64,000 nt of DNA. Origin: an uncultured Candidatus Saccharibacteria bacterium. GTDB lineage: Bacteria > Patescibacteriota > Doudnabacteria > UBA920. The translations under genes and the position numbers were made by a program. How positions within the stretch are numbered: the stretch's first letter is position 1; every line of letters begins with the position of its first letter. Of the stretch, positions 10,172 through 21,040 are shown one piece after another. The DNA is taken from contig CAYSUI010000001.1 in NCBI GenBank assembly GCA_964434195.1, positions 8,931 through 72,930 on the forward strand, read 5' to 3'. A model generated the notes under the pieces. That model ran no database searches. It was not told the DNA's origin and was given only the letters and a program-made list of their open reading frames with translations.

Positions 10172-10395
10172 CTTGTTGCCCCCTTTTTGAACTGAAGTAA
10201 GATTTTAGAATCAAGAAGAAATTATTTTACAATATTTTTATGTTTTTGTCCAGAGATATATGGAAATAGTAAAACTAATTCCATGGTTATAACCTAGGAA
10301 TAATTACTGACATAGCGCGACTTTAGGGACTTGCGTTGACTTAAGCAGTAACAGGCAAAGCCTTTTTGGAGCCTACCCTTCTTGCGACCTTGTCG

Positions 10396-13300
10396 CTATT
10401 GTTCGGAATATTTTAGAACGGCTCCACCATAGGCTTCGTAGTATTCTATTTTAATTTCGTGGGCGCCGGCGGTTAGGTTTTTGGTTGCTGTGTAGGTGGT
10501 ACTGCCTTGGTCTTTCCATTTGTCTATTACTAGTTCGCCGTCTATGTAGAGTCTTACGCCGTCGTCTGCGGTTACGGTGAAGGTTTTGTTTCCTGCTGGG
10601 TAGTTCTGCAGTTTAGTGAAGCGGCAAGAGAACTGGTCTACAGGCACACTTGCACTAGGACTACCCCCGTTCCAGACAAAATTAATATCTTGGTAATTGG
10701 CAATGTAAATTGGACTGCCTTGTAAGCTTGTTCCGTTATAACAGCTTGCAAAGAAACCAGCGGGACCGGTTTGTTTGTTTATGTTTAAAGCAAGTCTTGC
10801 CCAAAGAGTTCTGTCGTAAAATTCTACCTTTACTTCGTGGAGACCTGCTGACATTTGCTTGGTAGCTGTGTACGTAGTTGTACCGTGGTCGTTCCATTGG
10901 TCTAGTATTTTTTCTCCGTTTATATAGAGTCTTATACCGTCGTCAGAAATAGTTTCGAAATTATATAGACCGTCTTCGAAAAGTTTTTTTGCTTTGGCTT
11001 CCACTATAAAGAACTCTGGAGCTACTCCTGTGGCAGGTGCGTTGTTGCCCCAAGTGAAATCTATATTTGGACTTGTGGTTGTTGCGAGTGGTGGCGTAGT
11101 GGGAATTTGAGGAACGAGAGTGAAGGGTGCGTTTGGGAAGTTCCAAAATATTAGCGCGTAGTCTGTAGGAATATTTACCGGAGTTATGTCGCCTACTCTT
11201 TGGTAGTTAGCTATAAGTACTGCACCACCACTGGCTTCGTAGTATTCTACTTTTATTTCGTGTTCTCCGGTTTGCAAGTCTACTTCTCCACTGGTAGTTC
11301 TACTGCCGTGGTCGCTCCAATCGTCTACTACTTTTTTACCACCTACAAATATTCTGCAACCGTCGTCACAGGTTTGGGTAAATTTATACTTACCACTCTG
11401 TAGATTCACTTTTTTTGTAAAACGAGCGGAAAAAAAATCTGGTTGAATTTTAGGGTCTGGACTAAGAGCGTTCCAGACGAAATTTATTTCTTGGTCGTTT
11501 CTTACTAAAGCTGGTGTGCCCGTAAGATTTTTGTTGTTGAAAAATTCGGATGTAAAAGAATCTACTGGCGGTACTGTTGCGACTTTAAAGTTGGCAATGT
11601 AAGTAGTATCTGTGTTTGGTGTGGCTATAGTATGAGTCTGCGCTCCGCCGTCGCTCCAACTTTCGAATACGTAGTTTATGCCATTTAAGGTTTGATTTGG
11701 GGCTTCTAGAATTCTATTAATACCAACGACTCCAGAAAAAGTTTGTGGAGATACTTTTGGCTGACTGTCGATATTAATAATCATTCCCTCGGGATTACTC
11801 TTAACAACCAAATTACTAATTCTCGGAAAAATATCCAGTTCTTTAGTAGTAGTTAACCCAAATGAATCTTTTGCCGTAACAATTATTTTATACCAAACAT
11901 CAGGAGAAACCTCTCCTTCTGCAGGGATTACGAATGAGCCTTTTCTACCAGTGAAAGGTGCAATGAAAGGGTGAAAATGAACATTGTGATGAAATCTTAC
12001 TTCTGTAGTAAACGCAGAGTCAGGCAAAATTTTCCCGTCGCTATCCATAGCTGAAAACTCATAATTTATCGTATCACCCGCTTTATATAGAGTGCTTGGA
12101 TTTGGTGATATAAAGCTTAAGACTGGTGGATTACTTACTTTCACAACAATCGGAGAAGTACTCACAGAATTTACCCCATCGCTTACTGAAAGAGTCACAT
12201 TAAACTGACCCTTGTTTACATATAAATGTGAAGGGTTCGGTTGTGTAGAAGTTTGTCCGTCTCCAAAATTCCAACTAAAAGACAAAGGTTTGCCTTCTGG
12301 ATCAGAAGAACCGCTACTGGAAAAATTAACTGTTAGTGGTGGCTGACCTTGTAGAGTATCTGCGGAAGATTTTGCTATGGGTAACAAATTACCCGTCGAA
12401 GAAAATATCTTAACAAGACTCCCTTTAAGTAGAGACAGATAATATAAGGCTCCGTCTGGTCCCTGTTTGAGATCTATTATGCCTATTGCGTCGGTATCAA
12501 AAGGTGCTTCTGATTGAGCTTCTATTTCACCATCTTCGTGCTCGTGTAAAATTACCCTTCTAATAAAACCCAGTGTGAAATCTCCATAGTAGTAATTATT
12601 ACTGAAATCTGGAGGGAAATTACTCCCCCTGAATACGAACCCTCCCATTATTGAGCCTCCTAGACTTGAGTTAGCACTTACGTGTGCATATGCGAACAAT
12701 GGATCTGTTAGTCCAGCACAATTATTTTGACATTTACCTTCCGTTTTTGGCCAACCATAGTTTGCACCTTTCTTTACAATATTCATCTCTTCCCAGGAGA
12801 GTTCCCCCACATCCCCTAAAAACAATTCGCCACTCGATTTATCTACCTGAAAACGAAATGGATTACGAAAACCAAGCGCCCAAATTCTTGGATCTGCACC
12901 AGGGGTAGACACGTATGGATTGTCTGAAGGTACTGTTCCATCTTTATTTATTCTTAAAACCTTCCCATATAAATTGGATAGATTTTGAACACGCGATGAA
13001 ATACTTCCGTCACCAATCGCAAGATATAATTTCCCATCGTTCCCAAAATCCAAAGCACCGCCTGCGTGGAAAGGGCCTGAATCTGACTGAGAATTAAATA
13101 TGACCACAGGAGCTTGAAAATCTGTATCTCCCTGACTATTAAATCTCACCACCTTGTGAAAGCCATCGGGAGCAATATAGTAGACATACAAAAAGTGGTT
13201 ATTGTTCCAATCTGGATCAACCGCTATACCATATACACCCAAAGCGTCTGTGCCTTTTACCGCCAACTGTGCAAAAGGTGTACCTAACACATTTCCATTT

Positions 13301-14556
13301 TTTATTATTTTAATCTTGCCGAATAACTCTCCAACAAAAATTCTTCCGTCTGGTGCAAATGTAAAAGTAGTTGGCGAACTTAAACCTGAAGATATGACCG
13401 ATTGTTTCTGAAACATACCCGCTTGAACCGGAGCCAATGGACCCTTAGCTCTATATATTTTTCCTGGTGAGATCGTAACGTAATAAATATTACCATCTGG
13501 CCCTTGTACTAGGTCTGTAATTGTACTTACTCCCGAATCGAATGGAATCTCTGTTCCAATTACCCCTGTTGCTGTGTCGTTGATCTTTAGACGACTAATA
13601 CGAGCCTGCGAGAAATCTGCAAAAAAATATGAGCCGTCGTATTCAGGAGGTAGGTTATAGCTCCGACTAACAAAACCACCTACTATTGCACCAGTATTAT
13701 GACCATTGACCGTTGTGTGGGGGTATACATAAATAGGATCGATCAAGCCACCGCAATTAATAGTGCATTTACCCTCAGCTAGTGGCCAACCGTAATTCTT
13801 ACCTTTCTCTACTATATTTATTTCTTCCCATGTAGATTCTCCAACGTCTGCAAGCAATAGCGTACCTTTTACAGAATCGAACTGAAATCGGAATGGATTC
13901 CTAAAACCATATGCCCACACTCTTTGTTCTTTTCCTGCTTGTCCGAAATATGGATTGTCGCTTGGAATAGTTCCGTCTGAATTTATTCTTAGTAGTTTAC
14001 CTAGTGGTGAACTAAGGTCTTGGACTTTGAAAGTTAGACCACTGTCTCCTATTCCTATATAAAGTTTTCCGTCTGGACCAAAGTGTATTGCGCCACCAGC
14101 ATGGTTACTACCAGCAACTACACCGGACTTATAAACTTCTACCCAATTACCGGAACTTGCGTCTCCGCTTGCGTTTACTTTCCATACTTTATGGAAGCCG
14201 TCTGTTTTGTCTATGAAATAAATATATACAAAAGGACTAGTGTTCCAATTTGGATCAAAAGTTATACCCAAAGCTCCACGATCCGAATCCGCAAAAGCAG
14301 GAACACTGCCAAAAGGCGTTGCTAATAGAGTGTTGTTTTTATAAATTTTTATGCTTCCACCTTGCTCAACCACAAAGAGTCTACCGTCTGGTGTAAAACC
14401 AATTGCAGTAGGGTTGTTTAGACCAGCACCAACCAACGTGTCTGTAGTAAAACCACTTGGTGGAGCGGCTTTTGCTTGTGAACTAATAAGCAAAAAGAAA
14501 CCGAGTATGAGAGCAAAGGCTTCCAATGCTAAACGAGCTTTGAATTTCATATTCAA
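10396..14556 (-). CDS. 1386-aa secreted multidomain surface protein: signal peptide, 2x glucose/sorbosone-dehydrogenase-like beta-propeller, PKD domain, 3x PA14 domains.
   Basis: Duplicated GFRNPFRFQFD and GFRNPFRFQVD signatures. PKD-like WNFGDGQTS..HLYVNKGQFNVTLSVSDG. Three PA14-like DDGCRIFVGG, DDGIRLYINGE and DDGVRLYIDGE blocks. Confidence 0.75.
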   Translation of the reverse strand: MNMKFKARLALEAFALILGFFLLISSQAKAAPPSGFTTDTLVGAGLNNPTAIGFTPDGRLFVVEQGGSIKIYKNNTLLATPFGSVPAFADSDRGALGITFDPNWNTSPFVYIYFIDKTDGFHKVWKVNASGDASSGNWVEVYKSGVVAGSNHAGGAIHFGPDGKLYIGIGDSGLTFKVQDLSSPLGKLLRINSDGTIPSDNPYFGQAGKEQRVWAYGFRNPFRFQFDSVKGTLLLADVGESTWEEINIVEKGKNYGWPLAEGKCTINCGGLIDPIYVYPHTTVNGHNTGAIVGGFVSRSYNLPPEYDGSYFFADFSQARISRLKINDTATGVIGTEIPFDSGVSTITDLVQGPDGNIYYVTISPGKIYRAKGPLAPVQAGMFQKQSVISSGLSSPTTFTFAPDGRIFVGELFGKIKIIKNGNVLGTPFAQLAVKGTDALGVYGIAVDPDWNNNHFLYVYYIAPDGFHKVVRFNSQGDTDFQAPVVIFNSQSDSGPFHAGGALDFGNDGKLYLAIGDGSISSRVQNLSNLYGKVLRINKDGTVPSDNPYVSTPGADPRIWALGFRNPFRFQVDKSSGELFLGDVGELSWEEMNIVKKGANYGWPKTEGKCQNNCAGLTDPLFAYAHVSANSSLGGSIMGGFVFRGSNFPPDFSNNYYYGDFTLGFIRRVILHEHEDGEIEAQSEAPFDTDAIGIIDLKQGPDGALYYLSLLKGSLVKIFSSTGNLLPIAKSSADTLQGQPPLTVNFSSSGSSDPEGKPLSFSWNFGDGQTSTQPNPSHLYVNKGQFNVTLSVSDGVNSVSTSPIVVKVSNPPVLSFISPNPSTLYKAGDTINYEFSAMDSDGKILPDSAFTTEVRFHHNVHFHPFIAPFTGRKGSFVIPAEGEVSPDVWYKIIVTAKDSFGLTTTKELDIFPRISNLVVKSNPEGMIINIDSQPKVSPQTFSGVVGINRILEAPNQTLNGINYVFESWSDGGAQTHTIATPNTDTTYIANFKVATVPPVDSFTSEFFNNKNLTGTPALVRNDQEINFVWNALSPDPKIQPDFFSARFTKKVNLQSGKYKFTQTCDDGCRIFVGGKKVVDDWSDHGSRTTSGEVDLQTGEHEIKVEYYEASGGAVLIANYQRVGDITPVNIPTDYALIFWNFPNAPFTLVPQIPTTPPLATTTSPNIDFTWGNNAPATGVAPEFFIVEAKAKKLFEDGLYNFETISDDGIRLYINGEKILDQWNDHGTTTYTATKQMSAGLHEVKVEFYDRTLWARLALNINKQTGPAGFFASCYNGTSLQGSPIYIANYQDINFVWNGGSPSASVPVDQFSCRFTKLQNYPAGNKTFTVTADDGVRLYIDGELVIDKWKDQGSTTYTATKNLTAGAHEIKIEYYEAYGGAVLKYSEQ

Positions 14557-14614
14557 GGTAGTTAATTTTTGGTCTTTAATTATAACAAACTGAGCTGTTG
14601 ATAACTAAGCGACT

Positions 14615-16186
14615 TCAGAGTAACTTACTATTTTCTATTGAATATTCCTTCTTCAAGGGTACTACCCATAATGTGAAGACACATATAACTATTGACGTAC
14701 CTGCGAGCAGATAGTAGTAAGTTATCGGTCTCATCTTATCCCTTAGGAACGTGTTGTATAAAAAAGTACCATTCTCTCCTCTTTGAACAAATTTATAACC
14801 TGTCCAAAAATTTAGAGGTCTTATATACAAATCGAGTTCAGATTCTGGCTTAGGAATTATATGATTTTTCCCGACCACGCCGAGCAACGACACAGCTGAA
14901 GCATAGGAGAAAAGCAAGAGAGCTAATAACTTTCTACCCAAGACATATTTTCTTCCAGAAAGCCATACACCGAAATAAATAGCCGCGCATGGTATAGATG
15001 GTATTAGATATCTTGGGCCCCATCCCCACCCTCCCCAGGGATCATGAAAACTCGCATATAGAAATAGATTAACTAACATTATACCAAGTGGAATAATTAA
15101 ATCTGGATTTAAATTTTTTCTGAGCTTCCACAGACCCAAGAAACTAAAAAAATATATTGGATAAAAAATCCATAGACCCTTATTAGTCTGAAACAATATG
15201 ACCCATAGACCATTGATGAAACTAGTCTCGTTCAGGCTGTAGGATATGGCTTCTTTCTCAGAAGCAACTTTTTCAGTATCCTCTTTGGTAACTTCTTCAA
15301 ATGTATCTTTAAAATGAGGAGCATATCTTGGAAGAGAATTGCTAAATCTTTTCCAATTGTCGAAATTTTTATAGTTATAGACGACATGCATGCCAATCCA
15401 TACACTTATAACTAGCATACTGAGTAGAAATGAATTTCGCACCGACACTTTGTAAGAACTTGAAAAAATTGAAACCTTAACTCCTGATACCAAGAAATAT
15501 ATCAATATTGGCGACATCAAAATTAAATTCGGATAATCGAAAAATATCGAAGCGCCGAAACATGACCAGAATAATGAAGCCCAAAGAAATCCAAATTTTA
15601 TACTATTCCTATAACGATATACACTATAATATGCAGTTAGTAGGAAAAATACCGAAGGTACATGCTGGTAAAAAGTAATTACAAAATTTAGAAATGTAGA
15701 ACCTATACCTGTACTTATAACAACAAAGCAAGCAGTCCACACAGGTAGCTTAAATATTTCTTTTGAGATCTTAAAAAGCACTATTAGACTTAATACTGCA
15801 AAAATAATTTCTGTTGAGTAAACAAAGAATAAAGACAAATTAAAATATTGACCTAATTTATAAAACGGTAAACCTACATAAGCTATACCAGGCGGAAAAA
15901 AACTAAAGAACCTACCTTTATAAAATCCTGCGTCTGGAGCTGATACATCGGCTAATTCCCTAGTAAGATCCACCTTATTTCTTTCTGCTAAAGACAACAG
16001 AGTGGCATAAGATGAACGTTCGTGGGATAACTCGAAAGCACTTATTTGTCCGTTATACGGAGGTTGCAAAAGTGGAGACTTACTATCTACGTTCCCCCCC
16101 ACTGCTTTGGTTGAAGATAAATAAAACAGCACTATAACGATCAAGCCCAAACATGCGAATATATTTCCAAAAATTTTATTTTTCAT
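14615..16186 (-). CDS. Polytopic membrane protein, GT-C/PMT-like glycosyltransferase candidate.
   Basis: 523 aa, many TM helices, DPWGGWGWGPRY loop. Sits in the glycan cluster. Confidence 0.45.
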   Translation of the reverse strand: MKNKIFGNIFACLGLIVIVLFYLSSTKAVGGNVDSKSPLLQPPYNGQISAFELSHERSSYATLLSLAERNKVDLTRELADVSAPDAGFYKGRFFSFFPPGIAYVGLPFYKLGQYFNLSLFFVYSTEIIFAVLSLIVLFKISKEIFKLPVWTACFVVISTGIGSTFLNFVITFYQHVPSVFFLLTAYYSVYRYRNSIKFGFLWASLFWSCFGASIFFDYPNLILMSPILIYFLVSGVKVSIFSSSYKVSVRNSFLLSMLVISVWIGMHVVYNYKNFDNWKRFSNSLPRYAPHFKDTFEEVTKEDTEKVASEKEAISYSLNETSFINGLWVILFQTNKGLWIFYPIYFFSFLGLWKLRKNLNPDLIIPLGIMLVNLFLYASFHDPWGGWGWGPRYLIPSIPCAAIYFGVWLSGRKYVLGRKLLALLLFSYASAVSLLGVVGKNHIIPKPESELDLYIRPLNFWTGYKFVQRGENGTFLYNTFLRDKMRPITYYYLLAGTSIVICVFTLWVVPLKKEYSIENSKLL

Positions 16187-16198
16187 ATTTATTCAATT

Positions 16199-17458
16199 CT
16201 AACTTACATACTTGCTTATATACTCCAGAACGTGATCGTTACCCCCCGGTAACTTTTCCAACTTTGACTCTAAAATTTCTAAATAAGCACTTCGCTTATT
16301 AATAAGGCTCTGAAATAGGCTCAGTAGTTTTTCGTGACTTAATGAACCTATATCTACCACCCACTCACCCAGACCAAGTTCATCCATTATACCCTGGGTT
16401 TTGTATTCATAGGCAATAGCGATACAAGGAATACCTGAAGTTAATGCGAATATATTAGAGTGCATCCTGGTACCAACCAAATAATCCAGGTTATCATATA
16501 GCCCCTTCATCTCATCATAACTGAATTCATCTTCTATAAAAAATAATCTTTTATTATTTTTCAATTTTTCCGCTATTCTTTTTGAGGGAAACCTGTCATC
16601 GTCTTTACGCTCCGTGTCTGTAACTTGTGGCAATAGTAATATATTATGGGTTTTTGAAATTTTTTCTATGAATTTAGCTATCTCACTCTCATAATAATCC
16701 TGATCCTTCAAACTAAACCAATCCCTTACTGTAATACCGACCAAGGGAACACTTCGGTCTATGCTCATAGATTCTATAACTAAACTCATTAAATCTTTTG
16801 TATTGGTGTTGGAATAAAATGCAGCATCGAAAGCCCTATCAAACTTATCTTTATTAATACCCCAAACTAAAAGTTGCTGATTTGAAATATTTTCTCTTAC
16901 AAAAATCTTATCGATTCTGGAAACAGTAAACCTCACTACTCTTTCTTGGAATATATTTCCAAAAGGCCCTATTGATTGAGGATACGCAACTACTGGTTTT
17001 CCTAATACTTTTCCTAGAATAAAAGGGAGGGACTGCAAAATCAGTGCAACTGTATTATTGAAACCAGACTTGGCTGATAAATAACCCCCACCGACGGGGA
17101 TTATGATATCGCTATTAGCGTACTCTAGCATTACCCTATCCATACCTGAGGGTAAAATTATATTAAAATTTATATCCAACAATTTTTTTGCCGACGACCA
17201 TATAAAGACAGCAACAAATACATGAAGTGTGTGCATTGCTTTGAAGAGCTTGGCATCTGCCCTATAAACAGCATAGTAAAACATTGAATGAATTAATCTT
17301 CGTCCTTCGAAAAATTTATCATTCACAAAAGACTCGGAAGATTCTAATACTATTTCTGAGTTTGGAAATCTAGCCGATAGGTCACGGATCATGCACCCTA
17401 CTATTGCGGCATCTCCTTTATTTTTCGTTGTAGCTGCGTTTGTTAGTAAGATTTTCAT
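16199..17458 (-). CDS. Polysaccharide pyruvyl transferase family protein (CsaB/WcaK-like).
   Basis: N-terminal MKILL..KNKGDAAIVG motif typical of the family. Confidence 0.55.
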   Translation of the reverse strand: MKILLTNAATTKNKGDAAIVGCMIRDLSARFPNSEIVLESSESFVNDKFFEGRRLIHSMFYYAVYRADAKLFKAMHTLHVFVAVFIWSSAKKLLDINFNIILPSGMDRVMLEYANSDIIIPVGGGYLSAKSGFNNTVALILQSLPFILGKVLGKPVVAYPQSIGPFGNIFQERVVRFTVSRIDKIFVRENISNQQLLVWGINKDKFDRAFDAAFYSNTNTKDLMSLVIESMSIDRSVPLVGITVRDWFSLKDQDYYESEIAKFIEKISKTHNILLLPQVTDTERKDDDRFPSKRIAEKLKNNKRLFFIEDEFSYDEMKGLYDNLDYLVGTRMHSNIFALTSGIPCIAIAYEYKTQGIMDELGLGEWVVDIGSLSHEKLLSLFQSLINKRSAYLEILESKLEKLPGGNDHVLEYISKYVS

Positions 17459-18548
17459 AACTTAATACGGTCTGCAAAAATTCAGAATATCTATCAGAAA
17501 CCTTTTCCCAACTATAACTTTTTACATAGCCCCTCGCCGCACTGCCCATTATTTTTCTTTGTTCGGAGTTCTTTGAAAGATCTAACATAGCTTTAGATAG
17601 AACCTTAGGGTTTTCAACATCTACTTTAACACTGGCTATATCTGGAACCCAAGAAAAACCTGGTATTGACGATACCAAAATGGGTAAACCAAAAGCAAAA
17701 GCTTCATACACAATTAAGGGAAAATTCTCATAGCGGCTAGGTGCTACCAAGAATGCACTTTGTCTGAAAACTTGATGTTTCTCTTCTCCTTCTAAACGGC
17801 CGAGAATTTTTACCTTATTAACAAGATCCAGCTTTACTATTTTCTTTTTTAAGAAATCTTCATCCCCAGGAATACCTTTACCAACCAGAACCAAAGGTAG
17901 ACCAATTTCGTTCTCCACTAATTTATATGCATCGATCAAAATATCTAAACCTTTTTGATTTACGTCTATCCTGCCAATAAATAGTATGTGCTTATTTTCT
18001 GGTTCGGAATTTTCTTTTAGGAGTTCTGGATCTACCCCATTTGCGATTACTGCTGTGTCTATTCTTGGATTAATATACAGAACTTTTTTCTTCAAGCTTT
18101 CCGTAAGCACTATGCAGTATTTGTAATACTTTAGCCCTGTTTGCTCTATAATATGGAAAGGTAATTTGTATTTCTTTGCCATTTCCTCTCCACCCAACAG
18201 ATGGGTAAGACCAACAACTGGTTTTTTTGTGAATAGTGGTAGGAATGCAGTGGAAAATGGAGGAGTAAAACTCTCTAACCACACATCAAATTTCTCTTTC
18301 TTTACATAGAAAGGTAGTAGAAACTGAAATACTAATTGCGCAAGCTGCGGAGGGAGTGAAGCAATTCCGATTCGTTTATAAAGAACCCCATCTAGTGTTT
18401 CGTTTTTTGAATTGGGGTACTTACCTGTAATAATCATTACATCTGCATTCCCAGCTAGCCTCTTAGCTACTTCATGCACAGCAACAGCCCCACCACCACC
18501 ATAGTAAGGGTTATTTAAGGAATCATAATTTGAAAAAATTATTTTCAT
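17418..18548 (-). CDS. Glycosyltransferase family 4 (GT-B).
   Basis: GGGAVAVHEVAKRL near the N-terminus and E..FGLPILE-type C-terminal motif (YEAFAFGLPILVS). Confidence 0.75.
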   Translation of the reverse strand: MKIIFSNYDSLNNPYYGGGGAVAVHEVAKRLAGNADVMIITGKYPNSKNETLDGVLYKRIGIASLPPQLAQLVFQFLLPFYVKKEKFDVWLESFTPPFSTAFLPLFTKKPVVGLTHLLGGEEMAKKYKLPFHIIEQTGLKYYKYCIVLTESLKKKVLYINPRIDTAVIANGVDPELLKENSEPENKHILFIGRIDVNQKGLDILIDAYKLVENEIGLPLVLVGKGIPGDEDFLKKKIVKLDLVNKVKILGRLEGEEKHQVFRQSAFLVAPSRYENFPLIVYEAFAFGLPILVSSIPGFSWVPDIASVKVDVENPKVLSKAMLDLSKNSEQRKIMGSAARGYVKSYSWEKVSDRYSEFLQTVLSYENLTNKRSYNEK

Positions 18549-18550
18549 TT

Positions 18551-19453
18551 CTAATTCAGATCTTTAGTGGTAATATTTAACTCATACACATCCTTATAGT
18601 TTGCTTTAGGCAATAACTTATCTAATAGAATTGTAAAAACTTGAAGTACTAAATATAAAAATGTATAAAGTGGACTACTTATCAAAAAGTATATTAGCGC
18701 TCTAAGTTTTTCTTTAATTGAGGGAGTATATTTTTCTATGATATCTTTATCAAAAAATTTACTAATTGTATTAGGGGCATTAAAATACCTACGCATTTGC
18801 CTTATATAATCCATGCTTTTACTAGGTAACCTAAAATTAACGAGGGCTTCGGGAACATATCTAAATTTATAGTTATTAGTAATTGCAAAGAAGAAACTAT
18901 AAGTGTCTTCAACCCTATCAGCTTCTTTAGGTAATTTAAAATGCTTATAAAAATTCCGAGAGAACCCACGCGCTCTCCCTAAACACCTATGCATATCACT
19001 TCTTTCTTTTAGACTGATTAGCAATCGCTCCCAAATCAAAATCCCCTGAAATGCCAATCTCTCGATTAAAGTATTCGGTGGCAATGGATATATTTTGGGA
19101 GATACTATATCCGCACCATTTTTTATTTCACTTACTAAAGCATCCAGAACATTATTATCAGATAACTTAGTATCAGCATCAAACTGAATGAGTATATCGG
19201 TGTCTGCTGTACTTAATAATTCATTAAACCTAAAGGCTTTCCCCTGTCTGTCCTTGTGATCAATTAACTCCACCAACTCGTTATTGACCCTAAGGGCTTC
19301 CTTAACTGTTAAATCAGAGCTCCCGTCTGATATTACTACTATTTTTTTTAGATCGAAATTTCTTCGATCTTGTAGTAGAATCTGATTAATAAGATTGTAA
19401 ATATTTTTTTCTTCGTTATAGGCTGGTATACCAACAGTTAAATTTAACTTCAT
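18551..19453 (-). CDS. Glycosyltransferase family 2 (GT-A).
   Basis: VGIPAYNEEKNI, DGSSD and DAD motifs. Confidence 0.7.
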   Translation of the reverse strand: MKLNLTVGIPAYNEEKNIYNLINQILLQDRRNFDLKKIVVISDGSSDLTVKEALRVNNELVELIDHKDRQGKAFRFNELLSTADTDILIQFDADTKLSDNNVLDALVSEIKNGADIVSPKIYPLPPNTLIERLAFQGILIWERLLISLKERSDMHRCLGRARGFSRNFYKHFKLPKEADRVEDTYSFFFAITNNYKFRYVPEALVNFRLPSKSMDYIRQMRRYFNAPNTISKFFDKDIIEKYTPSIKEKLRALIYFLISSPLYTFLYLVLQVFTILLDKLLPKANYKDVYELNITTKDLN

Positions 19454-19460
19454 ATAATAA

Positions 19461-20393
19461 TCATTTACTCAATACTTTACTTGACTCTATGCTTTTCCAT
19501 TTAGCACTAAAATTCTTCGCATACTTTTTCTTAAATAATCTTAAATGCAAGGATTGTAAAAGAATCACCCCTACGGCGAGCGGGGATGTCAATATTTCAC
19601 TTAATAATGCTTCTCTATAATATCTATTTGGCTTGTAATAAAGTTCGTGAACTAAATTTCCAAAATTATTTTCCATAATACTTGATTGAGAATAGTTTCT
19701 TAAGTGCCAATCAAAAAACTCGCCCCAAGTTGTAGGGTTTCTGAAAAACACAACCGCATCTTTGACAAATGAATATTTAAGATTATTCGATTTGCAAAGT
19801 AGAAAAAAATATATATCTAAAGTTCCAAAACTCTCGTGGTTAATTGCCAATCCATTAATTATTTCAACTAATTTTTTTGATAATACAATAGCCTTACCAT
19901 CTACTGATATAGGATGATTTAAAGACCCTATCTTATCTCTAACTTTTTCCCAAATATTATGAATAGTTAACCCCACACTATCTATGAAATTCACCGGATC
20001 CAAGCATTTCCTATTTGCACATAACATCCCTAAAGACTCATCTAAATTGAACGGTTTAACTAGTTTATCTAAAAAAATATTATCTTCTATTTTTATATCA
20101 TCATTTAACAGAACCACCAGGTCGTCTTGTTTTGAGTGTTCTAGGAGTGCAAGGACTGAACCTGCGAAACCTTTTCTTTCTTTATTGTCTATAATCTGAA
20201 TCTTTTCAGATTTTATTGATTGAATAACTTCAATTGTGTTGTCAGTGCAGTCGTCGCAATGAACTATTATTTTTCTTAATTTAAAATTTATTGACTCCTG
20301 CGCAAGCATGCTTTGCAAGAGACTGCCTATATTTTTTTCAGCATTATAGGCTGCTATTCCAACTGTAATTGTGGGTTTGGTCTCTTGGGGCAT
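19461..20393 (-). CDS. Glycosyltransferase family 2 (GT-A).
   Basis: VGIAAYNAEKNI, DDCTDNT and LNDD motifs. Confidence 0.7.
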   Translation of the reverse strand: MPQETKPTITVGIAAYNAEKNIGSLLQSMLAQESINFKLRKIIVHCDDCTDNTIEVIQSIKSEKIQIIDNKERKGFAGSVLALLEHSKQDDLVVLLNDDIKIEDNIFLDKLVKPFNLDESLGMLCANRKCLDPVNFIDSVGLTIHNIWEKVRDKIGSLNHPISVDGKAIVLSKKLVEIINGLAINHESFGTLDIYFFLLCKSNNLKYSFVKDAVVFFRNPTTWGEFFDWHLRNYSQSSIMENNFGNLVHELYYKPNRYYREALLSEILTSPLAVGVILLQSLHLRLFKKKYAKNFSAKWKSIESSKVLSK

Positions 20394-20475
20394 TTTTCTA
20401 CGAAGTTATTTACTAGGATATTCATTTTAGCAGTTTTGGGGGGTGTGGGTCGAGGTGGGTGGGGTTTTTGTTTTA

Positions 20476-20505
20476 TTGACTACCAATATTGTTAGGGGGT
20501 AGAAT
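20476..20505 (+). promoter_or_regulatory. Sigma70-like promoter TTGACT-N18-TAGAAT.
   Basis: Hexamers read directly. About 40 nt upstream of the 20546 start. Confidence 0.4.
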
Positions 20506-20545
20506 ATTTTTTCTTTCTGTGAACAAAACTAAATTGGAGATGTTT

Positions 20546-20863
20546 ATGACACTATCTACTTATGCACGTGAACCAATCCAGAAGATTGGTATGTGCTTCT
20601 TTTACTGCTTTTCGGTGGTAATGGCTCTGGCAAGTTCTCTTAACCTGCTATTTACGGAGCCTACCCACCCTGGGCAAACTTTTGGGTATCTAGCACTACT
20701 TCTCACAGTACCTATGCTCGCTTTTGCTGGAGAGACCATCCGGCATGAAGGAGATAAGGAACGCGAAAGACTCGCTCTTGTTTTCTTCTTTTTGTCGGTA
20801 ATACTCTTTGCTGGCTTCCTGTATGCCGGGTTATTCTTAGGACTACAGAAAGGAAACATTTAG
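20546..20863 (+). CDS. Small membrane protein (about 105 aa, 3 TM). Start moved to the ATG six nt after GGAG.
   Basis: RBS ggag then ATG at 20546, in frame with the listed ORF. Confidence 0.4.
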   Translation: MTLSTYAREPIQKIGMCFFYCFSVVMALASSLNLLFTEPTHPGQTFGYLALLLTVPMLAFAGETIRHEGDKERERLALVFFFLSVILFAGFLYAGLFLGLQKGNI

Positions 20864-20993
20864 ACCTTAGTTTCTAACTTCGGTCTTTTTTTATTTTACA
20901 AAATGGAAGACTGAGCAACTAGCGGATAGATTCCCCTCTTCAGGGGAATGACAAAGGGGTACAGATGGGAGGTATTAATATTTAAAGAGATAA

Positions 20994-21032
20994 TAAAAAC
21001 ACTAGAAGTTATTTGCTTCTAGTGTAAAAAAA
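20994..21032. terminator. Bidirectional intrinsic terminator: 10-bp stem ACACTAGAAG/CTTCTAGTGT flanked by A- and T-runs.
   Basis: Read directly. Downstream of the minus-strand gene 21041..21853. Confidence 0.55.
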
Positions 21033-21040
21033 CTAATGCG

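Noticed and set aside
10002-10214. 70-aa minus-strand ORF overlapping the 5' end of the TPM-domain gene.
   Set aside because: Overlaps the signal-peptide region of a better-supported gene in another frame.
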